Shown here piece after piece: positions 47,290 through 57,331 of a stretch of 64,000 nt of DNA (its first letter is position 1; each line of letters opens with the position of its first letter). The translations under genes were made by a program, and so were the position numbers. Under the pieces are notes generated by a model. The model was given only the letters and a program-made list of their open reading frames with translations. It was not told where the DNA came from and searched no databases. The DNA lies in the NCBI GenBank assembly GCA_016790515.1, contig JAEUOY010000168.1:537-64536 (forward strand), in the 5' to 3' direction. This DNA is from Burkholderiaceae bacterium. GTDB taxonomy: Bacteria; Pseudomonadota; Gammaproteobacteria; Burkholderiales; Burkholderiaceae_C.

Positions 47290-48774
47290 TCAGCGGTAGA
47301 CCAGCGAGCCGTCGTCCAGGTCGGCAGCCGGCAGTTCGTCCTTCTCGGTCCAGTAGTCCTGGCTGTGCAGCCAGGGGGCATGGTCGCCCTGTTTCGGCAG
47401 CCGGGCGACGCCGCGGCTGATGTAGCCGGGGTTGAAGTTGTCGGGGTCGACCCAGGGGCCCAGCGCCATGCCCTCATCCTGCGGCCGCAGTTCGGGCACC
47501 ACGACGGTCGCACCGCGCCGGTCCATGTGCTTCAGCAGCCGGCAGACGAAGTCGCCGAGCAGGTCGGCGCGCAGCGTCCAGCTGGCGCGGAAGTAGCCGA
47601 ACACCCAGGCCAGGTTGGGCAGGTCGGTGAACATCGTGCCGCGCCAGGCCACCGTGCCGGCGAAGTCCAGCGGCCGGCCGTCGACGCTGATCGCGATGTC
47701 GCCGAGCACGTTGAGCTCGAAGCCGGTGGCGGTGACGACGATGTCGGCCTCGAGCAGCTGGCCCGAGGCGAGCTGGATGCCTGTCTCGGTGAAGGTCTCG
47801 ATCTGGTCGGTGACCACCGAGGCCTGGCCCGATCGCACCGCCTTGAACAGGTCGGCGTCGGGCACGAAGGCGATGCGCTGCTGCCACGGCCGGTAGCGCG
47901 GGTTGAAATGCTGCTGCACCTGGTCCTCGAAGCCCGGGCCCAGCGCGGCGCGCACGCCGGCCAGCAGCTCCTGGCGCACGACCTCGGGCTCGGCGCGGCA
48001 GCGGCGGGTGAACGCGGCCTGGTCGAACAGCACCTTGCGGCGCACGATCTCGTGCGTCCATTCGGACGGGATCTCGAGCTGGCGCAGCATGTCGGCCAGC
48101 TCGTTGGCGTTGCGGCCGGTGATGAAGAAGGTGGGCGAGCGCTGCAGCATCGTGACATGCGCGCATTGGTCGGCGATCGCCGGGATCAGCGTCGCCGCGG
48201 TCGCCCCCGAGCCGATCACCACCACCTGCTTGGCCGCAAGGTCCAGGTCGTCGGGCCAGGTCTGCGGGTGCACGATGCGGCCGCCGAAGCGCGCCATGCC
48301 CGGCCAGTCGGGCGTGAAACCCTCGCTGTGCCGGTAATAGCCCTGGCACATCCACAGGAAGCCCGCGGTGATCTGCACCGTCTCGGCCTGGCCGTCGGCG
48401 CCTGGGCGGATGGCGGTGATCGTCCAGCGACGCTGCTCGCTGGACCAGCCGGCCGAGCCGATGCCGTGCTGGTAACGGATGTGCGGTGCCAGGCCGTTCT
48501 CGTCGATCACCTCGCCCAGGTAGGCCAGGATCTCGGCCGCGCTGGCGATCGGCGGCCCCATCCAGGGCTTGAAGCGGTAGCCGAAGGTGAACAGGTCGCT
48601 GTCGGAGCGGATGCCCGGGTAGCGGTGGGTGCGCCAGGTGCCGCCGAAGCCGGCCTGCGACTCCAGCACCACATAGCGCTTGCCGGGGCACTGCCGCTGC
48701 AGGTGCCAGGCCGCGCCGATGCCGGAGATGCCGGCGCCGACGATCAGCACGTCGAAGTGTTCGGCGCCGCTCAT
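47290..48774 (-). CDS. FAD-dependent Baeyer-Villiger monooxygenase (EthA/AlmA-like)
   Basis: IVGAGISG, GGTW...RYPGIRSDSD, FGGRIVHPQTWP (FxGxxxHxxxWP), VIGSGATA, ATG, SWTLRAD. Confidence 0.9.
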   Translation of the reverse strand: MSGAEHFDVLIVGAGISGIGAAWHLQRQCPGKRYVVLESQAGFGGTWRTHRYPGIRSDSDLFTFGYRFKPWMGPPIASAAEILAYLGEVIDENGLAPHIRYQHGIGSAGWSSEQRRWTITAIRPGADGQAETVQITAGFLWMCQGYYRHSEGFTPDWPGMARFGGRIVHPQTWPDDLDLAAKQVVVIGSGATAATLIPAIADQCAHVTMLQRSPTFFITGRNANELADMLRQLEIPSEWTHEIVRRKVLFDQAAFTRRCRAEPEVVRQELLAGVRAALGPGFEDQVQQHFNPRYRPWQQRIAFVPDADLFKAVRSGQASVVTDQIETFTETGIQLASGQLLEADIVVTATGFELNVLGDIAISVDGRPLDFAGTVAWRGTMFTDLPNLAWVFGYFRASWTLRADLLGDFVCRLLKHMDRRGATVVVPELRPQDEGMALGPWVDPDNFNPGYISRGVARLPKQGDHAPWLHSQDYWTEKDELPAADLDDGSLVYR

Positions 48775-48778
48775 CGGA

Positions 48779-49663
48779 TCACTCGAACCCGGGTTCCTGC
48801 CACCAGGGGAAGAACTCCGGCATGTCGGTCGACACCTTGTTCGGGTAGACCGGCACGCGCTTCTCGAGGAAGCTGCTGACGCCCTCGCGCGCGTCGGCCG
48901 ACTGCCCGCGCGACTGGATCGCCCGGCTGTCGATGCGGTGGGCCTTCATCGGGTGGTCCTGCCCGGCCATGTGCCACAGCATCTGGCGCGTCAGCGCGAC
49001 CGACACCGGCGCGGTGTTGTCTGCGATCTCGCGGGCCAGCGCGCGCGCCGCCGGCAGCAGGTCGGCCGGCGCATGCAGGCTGCGCACCAGGCCGCGGTCC
49101 AGCGCCTCCTGGGCCGCGAAGATGCGGCCGGTGAAACACCATTCCAGCGCCGTCTGCATGCCGACCAGCCGCGACAGGAACCAGGTCGACGCCGCCTCGG
49201 GCGTGATGCCGCGGCGCGCGAAGACGAAGCCGAAGCGCGCGTCGGTGCTGGCCAGGCGGATGTCCATCGGCAGCTGCATCGTCATGCCGATGCCGACCGC
49301 GGCGCCGTTGATCGCGCCGATCACCGGTTTGAGGCTCTTGAACATGCGCAGCGTCGCGATGCCGCCGCCGTCGCGGTAGATGCCGTCGACCTTGTACTTG
49401 TCGCGCGCCGATTCGCCGCGCGAGGCGTAGTCGAAGGTCTTGCCGCCCGAGGACAGGTCGGCGCCGGCGCAGAAGGCGCGGCCGGCGCCGGTGATGATCA
49501 CCGCGCGCACCGCGTCGTCGGCATCGGTGGCGTCGAACGCGGCGACCAGGTCGTCGCGCATCTGCGCGGTGAAGGCGTTGAGCTTGTCGGGGCGGTTCAG
49601 CGTCAGCGTGGCGATGCCCTCCTCGACGCTGTAGAGCAGGGTTTCGAAAGTCGGCTGGGTCAT
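48779..49663 (-). CDS. Crotonase/enoyl-CoA hydratase family protein
   Basis: TLNRPDKLNA, AFCAGADL, KPVIGAING.AVG.G. Confidence 0.92.
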   Translation of the reverse strand: MTQPTFETLLYSVEEGIATLTLNRPDKLNAFTAQMRDDLVAAFDATDADDAVRAVIITGAGRAFCAGADLSSGGKTFDYASRGESARDKYKVDGIYRDGGGIATLRMFKSLKPVIGAINGAAVGIGMTMQLPMDIRLASTDARFGFVFARRGITPEAASTWFLSRLVGMQTALEWCFTGRIFAAQEALDRGLVRSLHAPADLLPAARALAREIADNTAPVSVALTRQMLWHMAGQDHPMKAHRIDSRAIQSRGQSADAREGVSSFLEKRVPVYPNKVSTDMPEFFPWWQEPGFE

Positions 49664-49688
49664 GCGGGGTCTCCGGGGATGAAGGGGC

Positions 49689-50876
49689 TCAGGCGGCCTG
49701 CAGGAGCGGCCGCCGCAGTTCGGGCGCCAGGCCGGCGCCCATCAGGTCGATGAAGTTGTCGGCATAGAAGCGCTGGCAGGCGGCCGGCGCGCAGCCCTGC
49801 AGCGATTCGTCGAAGCGCTTGAGCGGCGCACGGCCGCCCTCGACATGCGGGTAGTCCGACGAGAACAGGCCCACTCGGTCGCCGGCGTGGGCGACGATCC
49901 AGCCGGCGTCCTCGTGCGGGTAGGGCGTCACCCGCAGCTGCCGTTGCACGATCTCGCTGGGCCTGGCCGACAGCTGCTGCAGCCGCGTCTCGTTGCGCCT
50001 GAACGCTTGCGCGGCCGAATCCATGGCCCGCATCCAGCCCGGCAGCCAGGCGGCGCCGAGTTCGATCGCGCCCCATTTCAGCCGCGGGAAGCGGTCGAAC
50101 ACGCCGTCGAAGATCAGCGTGGCCAGCGTCTGCATCACCGCGTTCGGGATGGTCATGTAGCTGACCGAGGTGAAGTTGTCGTCGCCGCCGTGGAAGTCGG
50201 GCACCGGCGGCAGGCCGTTGAGCTTGTAGACCGGGTTCATCTTGTCCTCGCCGCCGACGTGGAACAGGATCGGTATCCCGGCCTCCTGCGCCTGCGCCCA
50301 CACCGCGTCGAGCCCGACATGGCTGGGGGCGTGCCGCTGCGGGCACCTCGACGGCACCATCAGCGCCTTGGCGCCGAGCGCGATCGCCCGCTTCGCGGTA
50401 TCCGCCGCGCGGGCGAAGTCCTCCAGCGGCACGTAGGCGGTGGCCAGCAGCCGGCGATCGACCGCGCAGAAGTCGGCCATCATCCGGTTGTGGGCGTCGG
50501 CGGCGGCGTAGCACAGCGCGATGTCGTCGCCCTGGTCGAGGCCGAAGTTGCCGAGGCAGAAGGTGGTGAACACCAGCTGGCTGGCGAATCCCAGCAGGTC
50601 CAGCGCATGCGGCCGGTCGGCGGCGATGAAGGCGCCGTGGGCCTCGTGGTTCTTGCGCAGCATCAGGTGGGCGTCGACGCCGGCGCGGAACGCCGGGTCG
50701 GCATGCGATTCGGCCGAGCGGCCGGGCCGCAGCCCGCGCCGCAGCTGCGCCTGGTAGCCCGGGCAGGCGTGGAAGGCCGCGAGCCGGCCGGGCTCGAAGA
50801 AGTCGTCCAGGCAGTCGTCGAGCTCCATCAGGTGGCTGTCGGCGTCGTGGATCAGGCGTCCTTGGGCATAGGTCAT
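49689..50876 (-). CDS. Amidohydrolase 2 family protein
   Basis: HDADSH, FHVGG, GVFDRFPRL, ELG..W, FSSDYPH.EG; ATG 50876 after GGAGG. Confidence 0.87.
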   Translation of the reverse strand: MTYAQGRLIHDADSHLMELDDCLDDFFEPGRLAAFHACPGYQAQLRRGLRPGRSAESHADPAFRAGVDAHLMLRKNHEAHGAFIAADRPHALDLLGFASQLVFTTFCLGNFGLDQGDDIALCYAAADAHNRMMADFCAVDRRLLATAYVPLEDFARAADTAKRAIALGAKALMVPSRCPQRHAPSHVGLDAVWAQAQEAGIPILFHVGGEDKMNPVYKLNGLPPVPDFHGGDDNFTSVSYMTIPNAVMQTLATLIFDGVFDRFPRLKWGAIELGAAWLPGWMRAMDSAAQAFRRNETRLQQLSARPSEIVQRQLRVTPYPHEDAGWIVAHAGDRVGLFSSDYPHVEGGRAPLKRFDESLQGCAPAACQRFYADNFIDLMGAGLAPELRRPLLQAA

Positions 50877-50896
50877 GGCGGTCCTCCGGGTCGCGA

Positions 50897-52147
50897 TCAG
50901 GCGGGGTCTGCCGGCAGCGTGGGGTCGGTTGCCGGGGCGGCGACGACGATGCGCTGCGCCAGCAGCCCGTCGATCTGGCCGGCGTCGTAGCCGGCCTGCT
51001 GCAGCACCTCGCGGCTGTGCTGGCCCAGCGCCGGCGGTGCGCCGGGCCGGCGCTGGGCCACGCCGCCCAGCTGCACCGGGTTGGCCACCGTCCGGCCCGG
51101 CCCGTGGTCGCTGCTCACCAGCACGCCGGCCTCGCGCATCTGCGCGTCGTCGGGGATGTCGTCCAGGGTGCCGATCAGGCCGAAGGTGATGCCGGCTGCG
51201 TCGAGCCGCGGCCGCCAGTGCGCCAGGTCGTGCCCGGCGAAGCGGCGGTCGAACAGCCGCACCAGCTGCGCGCTGTGCGCCTCGCGCAGCGCGGACGTCG
51301 CGAAGCGCTCGTCGTCGGCCAGTTCGGCGCAGCCCAGCACCTGCAGCAGCGCGGTCCACTGGCGCGCTTCGTTCAGCACGATCAGGTTCAGCCAGCGGCC
51401 GTCGCGACAGCGGTAGATGTTGTTCAGCGCGTTCGGCGCGCGCTCGCGCGGTGGCCGCGGCGGGTAGCGCACCCCGCTCAGCGTGGCCTGCACCTGGATG
51501 CTGTTCGACCACAGGCCGTTGGCCAGCAGCGAGGTGCCGACCAGCCCGCCGCGGCCGCTGCGCTCGCGCCGGTACAGCGCGGTGGTGATCGCGGCGAACA
51601 GCGTCACCGCGCTCGGGTGGTCGCCCATGCCGGCCACCGGGCGCGACGGCGCGGCGCTCGCGTCGGCGCGCACCAGGTCCATCAGGCCCGAGCGCGCCCA
51701 GTAGGCGGTGACGTCGAAGCCGGCCTTGCCCGCTTCGGGCCCGGTCTCGCCATAGGCCGTCAGCGAGGCGTAGACCAGCCGCGGGTTCGGCGGCAGCAGG
51801 GCCTCGTGGTTCAACGCCAGCCGCCGTCGCACCGCCAGCGGCAGGTTGGTGATGAAGACATCGGCCTGCGCCACCAGCCGGTGCAGCACCGCCTGGCCCG
51901 CGGGCGCCTTCAGGTCCAGCACCAGGCTGCGCTTGTTGCGCGAGTCCAGGTCCCAGGCGTAGTTCAACTCGGCCGGCGGCGCGCCGGGCAGCCGGTACAG
52001 CCCGCGCAGCGGGTCGCCCTCGGGCGGCTCGACCTTGACCACGTCGGCGCCGAAGTCCGACAGCATCGTCGCGGCGGCCGGCCCGGCGATGTAGCTGGCG
52101 CAGTCGATGACCTTCAGGCCCTCGAACGGCAGCGCTTCGGTCGTCAT
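50897..52147 (-). CDS. CaiB/BaiF family III CoA transferase
   Basis: GLKVID..SYIAGP, GADVVKVEPP.GD, RNKRS..LDLK, GDH, PALGQHS. Confidence 0.92.
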   Translation of the reverse strand: MTTEALPFEGLKVIDCASYIAGPAAATMLSDFGADVVKVEPPEGDPLRGLYRLPGAPPAELNYAWDLDSRNKRSLVLDLKAPAGQAVLHRLVAQADVFITNLPLAVRRRLALNHEALLPPNPRLVYASLTAYGETGPEAGKAGFDVTAYWARSGLMDLVRADASAAPSRPVAGMGDHPSAVTLFAAITTALYRRERSGRGGLVGTSLLANGLWSNSIQVQATLSGVRYPPRPPRERAPNALNNIYRCRDGRWLNLIVLNEARQWTALLQVLGCAELADDERFATSALREAHSAQLVRLFDRRFAGHDLAHWRPRLDAAGITFGLIGTLDDIPDDAQMREAGVLVSSDHGPGRTVANPVQLGGVAQRRPGAPPALGQHSREVLQQAGYDAGQIDGLLAQRIVVAAPATDPTLPADPA

Positions 52148-52206
52148 GGTGACTGCCGGCGGCGCCGGGGCCATGCGACGATCCCGCCTGAACCTGGAGA
52201 TTCCGC

Positions 52207-52806
52207 ATGGCCGTTCCCGGCGAAGAACTTCATGCTGCCCTCGACGGCGGCTGGCTGCTGCCCGAGCCCGCGCCGCGCGAGCCGGTGCACACCCGCAGCA
52301 TCGTCTGCCGCAGCTTCCGCCGCGACGACGCGATGATCGACATCGACGGCCGCTTCATCGACACCCGGCCGTTCGACTACGAGAGCGACTTCCGCGGCCC
52401 CTGCCAGGCCGGATCGGCGCTGCACAACATGCAGGTCCGCGTGACGATCGACCGCACACGCCACATCCACGCACTGGTTTCGGCGATGCCGGGCACGCCG
52501 TACAGCGGCTGCGCCGGCGTCAACCCGAACTTCCAGCGGCTGGTCGGGCTGTCGATCGGCCGGGGTTTTCGCAAGGCGATGCGCGACCGCATCGGCGGCG
52601 TCGAGGGCTGCACCCACGTGATCGCGCTGCTCGACGCGATGGCCGCCGCGGCGGTGCAGGCCTTCGCGTCGGCTGCTTACGCACCACGCAAGCCGGGCCA
52701 GCCCGAACCGGTGAAGGTCTGGAAGCTCGACGCGCTGATCGACAGCTGCCATTCGTACCGCGCCGACGGCGAGGTGATCCGGGCGATGAGGGCGCGCGGC
52801 CGCTGA
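52207..52806 (+). CDS. DUF2889-like protein
   Basis: HTRSI....FRRDD, LHNM.VR.TID, PY..C, GGVEGCTH, IDSCH pattern. Confidence 0.78.
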   Translation: MAVPGEELHAALDGGWLLPEPAPREPVHTRSIVCRSFRRDDAMIDIDGRFIDTRPFDYESDFRGPCQAGSALHNMQVRVTIDRTRHIHALVSAMPGTPYSGCAGVNPNFQRLVGLSIGRGFRKAMRDRIGGVEGCTHVIALLDAMAAAAVQAFASAAYAPRKPGQPEPVKVWKLDALIDSCHSYRADGEVIRAMRARGR

Positions 52807-52814
52807 GGCCAGCA

Positions 52815-53903
52815 TCACGCGCCGCGCTCCAGCCGCTCGACCGCCGCCTCGGCCTGCGCCAGCGACAGCGCTATGCCGCGCCGCAGGCCGTCGAGGTCGA
52901 CGCCCGCCGCGCTCTTCTTGCCTTCCAGGTAGCGGGCATAGACGCCGTGCACGATCGCGGCGGACTTCCAGCGGTTGAAGCCGATGTAGAAGTCGAGTTT
53001 CGAGAGGTCGCGCCCGGTGCGCGCGGCATAGCGCTCGGCCAGCTCTCGCCGGGTCGGGAAGCCCGGCAGCGAGGTCGGCGGCACCGCCCGCACCGGCGGC
53101 GGGTCGCCGGGCTCGGCCCACTGGTTCAGCGCATAGCCCAGGTCGGCCAGCGGGTCGCCCAGCGTCGAGATCTCCCAGTCGACCACCGCGGCGATGCGGC
53201 CGTCGGCGCCGACCAGCGTGTTGTGCAGGCCATAGTCGCCGTGCACGATGCGCGCCGGGCCCTGCTCGGGCACGTGGTCGAGGAAGTACTGCTGCAGCGC
53301 ATGCGCGCGCGGGTCGTCGAAGTTCGCGCCGGCGATCGACGCGTTCCACGAGCGGTACCAGGTCTTCAGCTGGCGGCCGATGTAGTCGTCCTTCTTGCCG
53401 AGATCGCTCAGGCCCACCGCGTCGGGGTCGACCGCGTGCAGGTCGGCCAGCACGTCGATGAACGAATGGCCCAGCGTGGTCCTGAGCGGCTCGGGCGCCC
53501 AGCGGCGGGCGTCGTCGGCGCTGTACAGCGGGTGGCCGGCGACATGGCCCATCAGGTAAAAATGCGCGCCGGTGACTGCAGCGTCCTCGCAGAAGCCCAG
53601 CGCCTTCGGCACCGGCACCGGCGTGCCGCCCAGCGCGCTGATCAGCGCCCACTCGCGGCCCATGTCGTGCGCCTTGGGCAGCAGTTCGCCCATCGGCGGG
53701 CGGCGGATCACCGCCTTCTGGCCGCGCGCATCGACGAGCAGGTAGGTCAGGTTCGAGTGGCCGCCTTCGAGCCGCGTCCAGCCGAACGGCCCTTGCAGCG
53801 CCGGCACCTGGGCGGCGATCCAGGCCTCGACCCGGGCGATGTCGTAGCCGACGACGCCGACGACGCCGACGACGCCATTGGCGGCCGCGTTGTCCGCGCT
53901 CAT
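52815..53903 (-). CDS. APH-like phosphotransferase (ACAD10/11 kinase domain / LvaA-like)
   Basis: GGHSNLTY, RRPP.G.LLP.AHDM.RE, VHGDY..HN, DWE.STLGDPLADL. Confidence 0.88.
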   Translation of the reverse strand: MSADNAAANGVVGVVGVVGYDIARVEAWIAAQVPALQGPFGWTRLEGGHSNLTYLLVDARGQKAVIRRPPMGELLPKAHDMGREWALISALGGTPVPVPKALGFCEDAAVTGAHFYLMGHVAGHPLYSADDARRWAPEPLRTTLGHSFIDVLADLHAVDPDAVGLSDLGKKDDYIGRQLKTWYRSWNASIAGANFDDPRAHALQQYFLDHVPEQGPARIVHGDYGLHNTLVGADGRIAAVVDWEISTLGDPLADLGYALNQWAEPGDPPPVRAVPPTSLPGFPTRRELAERYAARTGRDLSKLDFYIGFNRWKSAAIVHGVYARYLEGKKSAAGVDLDGLRRGIALSLAQAEAAVERLERGA

Positions 53904-53904
53904 T

Positions 53905-54717
53905 TCATTCGCCCTTGAAGACGGCCTTGCGGCGCTCCAGGAAAGCCATGCCGCCTTCGCGCGCGTCGGCCGAGTCGCCGGCGATCATCTGGTGCGTCGC
54001 CTCCATCATCAGCGCCTCGGCGTAGCTCTGCTCCAGCGCGCGGGCGATGCCCTGGCGCATCAGCCCCAGCGCACGGGTCGGGCCGGCGGCCAGCCGCTCG
54101 GCCAGCGCCATCGCCTGGCCCATCAGCTCGGCGTCGTCGACCGCCTTGTGGATCAGCCCCCAGGCCTCGGCCTTCTCGGCCGGGATGCGTTCGCCGAGCA
54201 TCATCATCTCGGTCGCGCGGGCCTTGCCGACCAGCCGGGTCAGCATCCAGGTGGCACCGCCGTCGGGCACCAGGCCGATGTTGACGAAGGCCTCGAGGAA
54301 GTAGGCCGAGCGCGCGGCGACCGCGAAATCCGAGGCCAGCGCCAGCGAGCAGCCGATGCCGGCGGCGACGCCGTTCACCGCGGTGACGACCGGTATGTTC
54401 AGCCGCGAGATCGCCATCATCGTCGGGCTGTAGACCTCGGTCAGCGCCTTGTAGGCATTCGCGCCGCGCGAGGTGGCCGACGGGGCGTCGGCGCGGCCCT
54501 GCAGGTCGGCGCCGCTGCAGAAGGCGCGGCCCTCGCCGGTGATCAGCAGCGCGCGCGCGCCGATCGCCGGCAGTTGCTGCAGCGCGGCATGGATGTCGGC
54601 GAACATCTGCGGCGGCGCCGCGTTCAGCCGCTGCGGCCGGTTCAGCGTGATCACCGCGACGGCGCCCTGGGCGTGCAGGCGGATGGTCTCGTAGGTGGGC
54701 AGCGCGGCGTCGGTCAT
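53905..54717 (-). CDS. Crotonase family isomerase/hydratase (PaaG-like)
   Basis: LNRPQRLNA, AFCSGADL, AVNGVAAGIG.SLAL, FVNIGLVPDGG. Confidence 0.9.
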   Translation of the reverse strand: MTDAALPTYETIRLHAQGAVAVITLNRPQRLNAAPPQMFADIHAALQQLPAIGARALLITGEGRAFCSGADLQGRADAPSATSRGANAYKALTEVYSPTMMAISRLNIPVVTAVNGVAAGIGCSLALASDFAVAARSAYFLEAFVNIGLVPDGGATWMLTRLVGKARATEMMMLGERIPAEKAEAWGLIHKAVDDAELMGQAMALAERLAAGPTRALGLMRQGIARALEQSYAEALMMEATHQMIAGDSADAREGGMAFLERRKAVFKGE

Positions 54718-54873
54718 CTAGGGTTTCCTCGTATCGGGCAGATGGGTGGGAGCGTTGCATGCCAGCGTAGCGGCCGGCATCGTGCGCAACTGTCACCGGC
54801 CGGACTGTGACGCGCAGAGGCCGGCCGACACAATCCGCGCTCATCCCACCCCCCGAACTGCTGGAGCCCTGCC

Positions 54874-56106
54874 ATGTCCGAAGCCTGGATCATCGACGCC
54901 TGCCGCACCCCGCGCGGCATCGGCAAGCAGGGCAAGGGTGCCCTGGCCGACCTGCACCCGCAGCACCTGGGCGCCACGGTGCTGAAGGCGCTGGCCGAGC
55001 GCAACCACCTGAACACCGCCGAGGTCGACGACATCCTGTGGGGCACCAGCACGCAGAAGGGCACGCAGGGCAACGACCTGGGCCGAATGTCGGCGCTCGA
55101 CGCCGGCTACGACGTGCGCTCGAGCGGCATCACGATGGACCGCTTCTGCGGCTCGGGCATCTCGGTGGTCAACCTGGCCGCGGCGTCGATCATTTCGGGC
55201 ATGGAAGACCTGGTGATTGCCGGCGGCTGCGAGATGATGTCGATGACCGCGACGCTGCGCGACGGCCCCGGCTTCATGGACGCCGGCAACCTGCGCCTGC
55301 GCGCCAAGCACCCGCAGTCGCACCAGGGCGTGTGCGCCGACGCGATCGCGACGCTCGAAGGCATCCCGCGCAGCGACCTCGACGCGCTGGCGCTCGAGAG
55401 CCAGAAGCGCGCCGCCGCGGCGATCGCCGGCGGCCATTTCGCGAAGAGCCTGATCCCGGTCTACAAGGCCGACGGCACGCTGGCGCTGGACCGCGAGGAA
55501 TTCCCGCGCCCGCAGACCACCGCCGAGGGCCTGGCCGAGCTGAAGCCGGCGTTCACCAAGCTGGCCGACGTGCCGCTGGACGAGCAGGGCACCACCTACC
55601 GCAAGCTGATCCTGGCCAAGTACCCGGATCTGGACATCCAGTTCGTGCACCACGCCGGCAACTCGTCGGGCGTGGTCGACGGCTCGGGCGCGTTGCTGCT
55701 GGCCTCGCCGGCCTATGCGAAGAAGAACGGCCTGAAGCCGCGCGCCCGCGTGCTGGCCTATGCCAACGTCGGCGATTCCCCGACGCTGATGCTCAACGCC
55801 CCGGTGCCGGCGGCACGCAAGGTGCTGGCCAAGGCCGGGCTGACGGTCGACGACATCGACCTGTTCGAGATCAACGAGGCCTTCGCGGTGGTCGCCGAGA
55901 AGTTCATCCGCGACCTGAAGCTGGACCGCGACAAGGTCAACGTCAATGGCGGCGCGATGGCGCTGGGCCACCCGATCGGCGCGACCGGCTCGCTGCTGAT
56001 CGGCACGCTGCTCGACGAACTCGAGCGCCGCGACCTGAAGCGCGGCCTGGTGACGATGTGCGCGGCAGGCGGCATGGCGCCGGCCATCATCGTTGAACGG
56101 ATCTGA
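54874..56106 (+). CDS. Acetyl-CoA C-acyltransferase (thiolase)
   Basis: RFCGSG, HAGNSSGVVDG, EINEAF, GHPIGATG, MCAAGG. Confidence 0.94.
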   Translation: MSEAWIIDACRTPRGIGKQGKGALADLHPQHLGATVLKALAERNHLNTAEVDDILWGTSTQKGTQGNDLGRMSALDAGYDVRSSGITMDRFCGSGISVVNLAAASIISGMEDLVIAGGCEMMSMTATLRDGPGFMDAGNLRLRAKHPQSHQGVCADAIATLEGIPRSDLDALALESQKRAAAAIAGGHFAKSLIPVYKADGTLALDREEFPRPQTTAEGLAELKPAFTKLADVPLDEQGTTYRKLILAKYPDLDIQFVHHAGNSSGVVDGSGALLLASPAYAKKNGLKPRARVLAYANVGDSPTLMLNAPVPAARKVLAKAGLTVDDIDLFEINEAFAVVAEKFIRDLKLDRDKVNVNGGAMALGHPIGATGSLLIGTLLDELERRDLKRGLVTMCAAGGMAPAIIVERI

Positions 56107-56148
56107 CCCGCTGCCTGAGACTTGCCTCCAACGGAAGGACCTCGCACC

Positions 56149-57330
56149 ATGGACTTGAGCTATTCCCCCGAAGAGCAGGCCTTCCGCCAGCAGGTGCGTA
56201 GCTGGCTGACCGAGAACTTGCCGGCCGACATCCGCGACAAGGTGACCGGCTACAAATCGCTGAGCAAGGACGACATCCTGCGCTGGCACAAGATCCTGGC
56301 CGCCAAGGGCTGGTCGGTGCCGCATTGGCCGGTGGAGTGGGGCGGCACCGGCTGGAACATCACGCAGCGCTACATCTACGACGAGGAGTTCGGCCTCGCC
56401 GGTGCGCCGGGGCTGCCGCCGTTCGGCCCGGCGATGTGCGCGTCGGTGCTGCTGCGCTTCGGCGCGCCCGAGCAGAAGGCGCGCTTCCTGCCGCGCATCC
56501 GCGAGGGCGACGACTTCTGGGTGCAGGGCTATTCCGAGCCCGGCGCCGGCTCGGACCTGGCGGCGCTGAAGACCCGCGCCGACCGCAAGGGTGACCACTA
56601 CCTCGTCAACGGCCAGAAGATCTGGACCACGCTGGGCCACTACGGTGACTGGATCTTCTGCCTGGTGCGCACCGACAGCACGGCCGAGAAGCGGCAGGAG
56701 GGCATCAGCTTCCTGCTGATCGACATGAAGACCCCGGGCATCACCGTGCGCCCGCTGATCCTGATGGACGGCGGCCACGAGGTCAACGAGGTGTTCTTCG
56801 ACGACGTGAAGGTGCCCGTCGAGAACCTGGTCTACGAGGAGAACAAGGGCTGGACGGTCGCCAAGTACCTGCTCGGCCACGAGCGCATGGGCTCGGGCAA
56901 TGTCGGCGCCAGCAAGCGCGAGATGGCCGCGCTGCGCGCGCTGGCCGCGCGCGAGACGAAGAACGGCAAGCCGCTGCTCGACGACCCGCGTTTCCGCGAC
57001 CGGCTCTCGCGCACCGAGATCGAGCTGGAGGCGCTGGAGATCACCTCGATGCGATTCCTCGACAAGATGCGCCGCAGCGGCCAGCCGCCGGGCGCCGACG
57101 TGTCGATGCTGAAGATCCGCGGCACCGAGATCCAGCAATCGATCACCGAGCTGATGATGCAGGCGGTCGGCCCGATGGCCCAGCCGTTCAAGGCGGTCGA
57201 CGACGGGGCGATCGACTTCTTCACCTCGCGCCTGGCGCCGCGCTACTTCAACTACCGCAAGGCCAGCATCTACGCGGGATCGAACGAGATCCAGCGCAAC
57301 ATCATCGCCAAGATGAGCCTGGGGCTGTGA
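56149..57330 (+). CDS. Acyl-CoA dehydrogenase, PimC-like large subunit
   Basis: WPVEWGG, QGYSEPGAGSDLA, NGQKIWTT, NEVFFDDV, GWTVAKYLLGHER, IYAGSNEIQRNII. Confidence 0.9.
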   Translation: MDLSYSPEEQAFRQQVRSWLTENLPADIRDKVTGYKSLSKDDILRWHKILAAKGWSVPHWPVEWGGTGWNITQRYIYDEEFGLAGAPGLPPFGPAMCASVLLRFGAPEQKARFLPRIREGDDFWVQGYSEPGAGSDLAALKTRADRKGDHYLVNGQKIWTTLGHYGDWIFCLVRTDSTAEKRQEGISFLLIDMKTPGITVRPLILMDGGHEVNEVFFDDVKVPVENLVYEENKGWTVAKYLLGHERMGSGNVGASKREMAALRALAARETKNGKPLLDDPRFRDRLSRTEIELEALEITSMRFLDKMRRSGQPPGADVSMLKIRGTEIQQSITELMMQAVGPMAQPFKAVDDGAIDFFTSRLAPRYFNYRKASIYAGSNEIQRNIIAKMSLGL

Positions 57331-57331
57331 C

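Noticed and set aside
53847-53876. 9-bp microrepeat (GCCGACGAC x3) encoding GVVGVVGVVG
   Set aside because: In-frame slippage in a variable N-terminus with no evident functional consequence.
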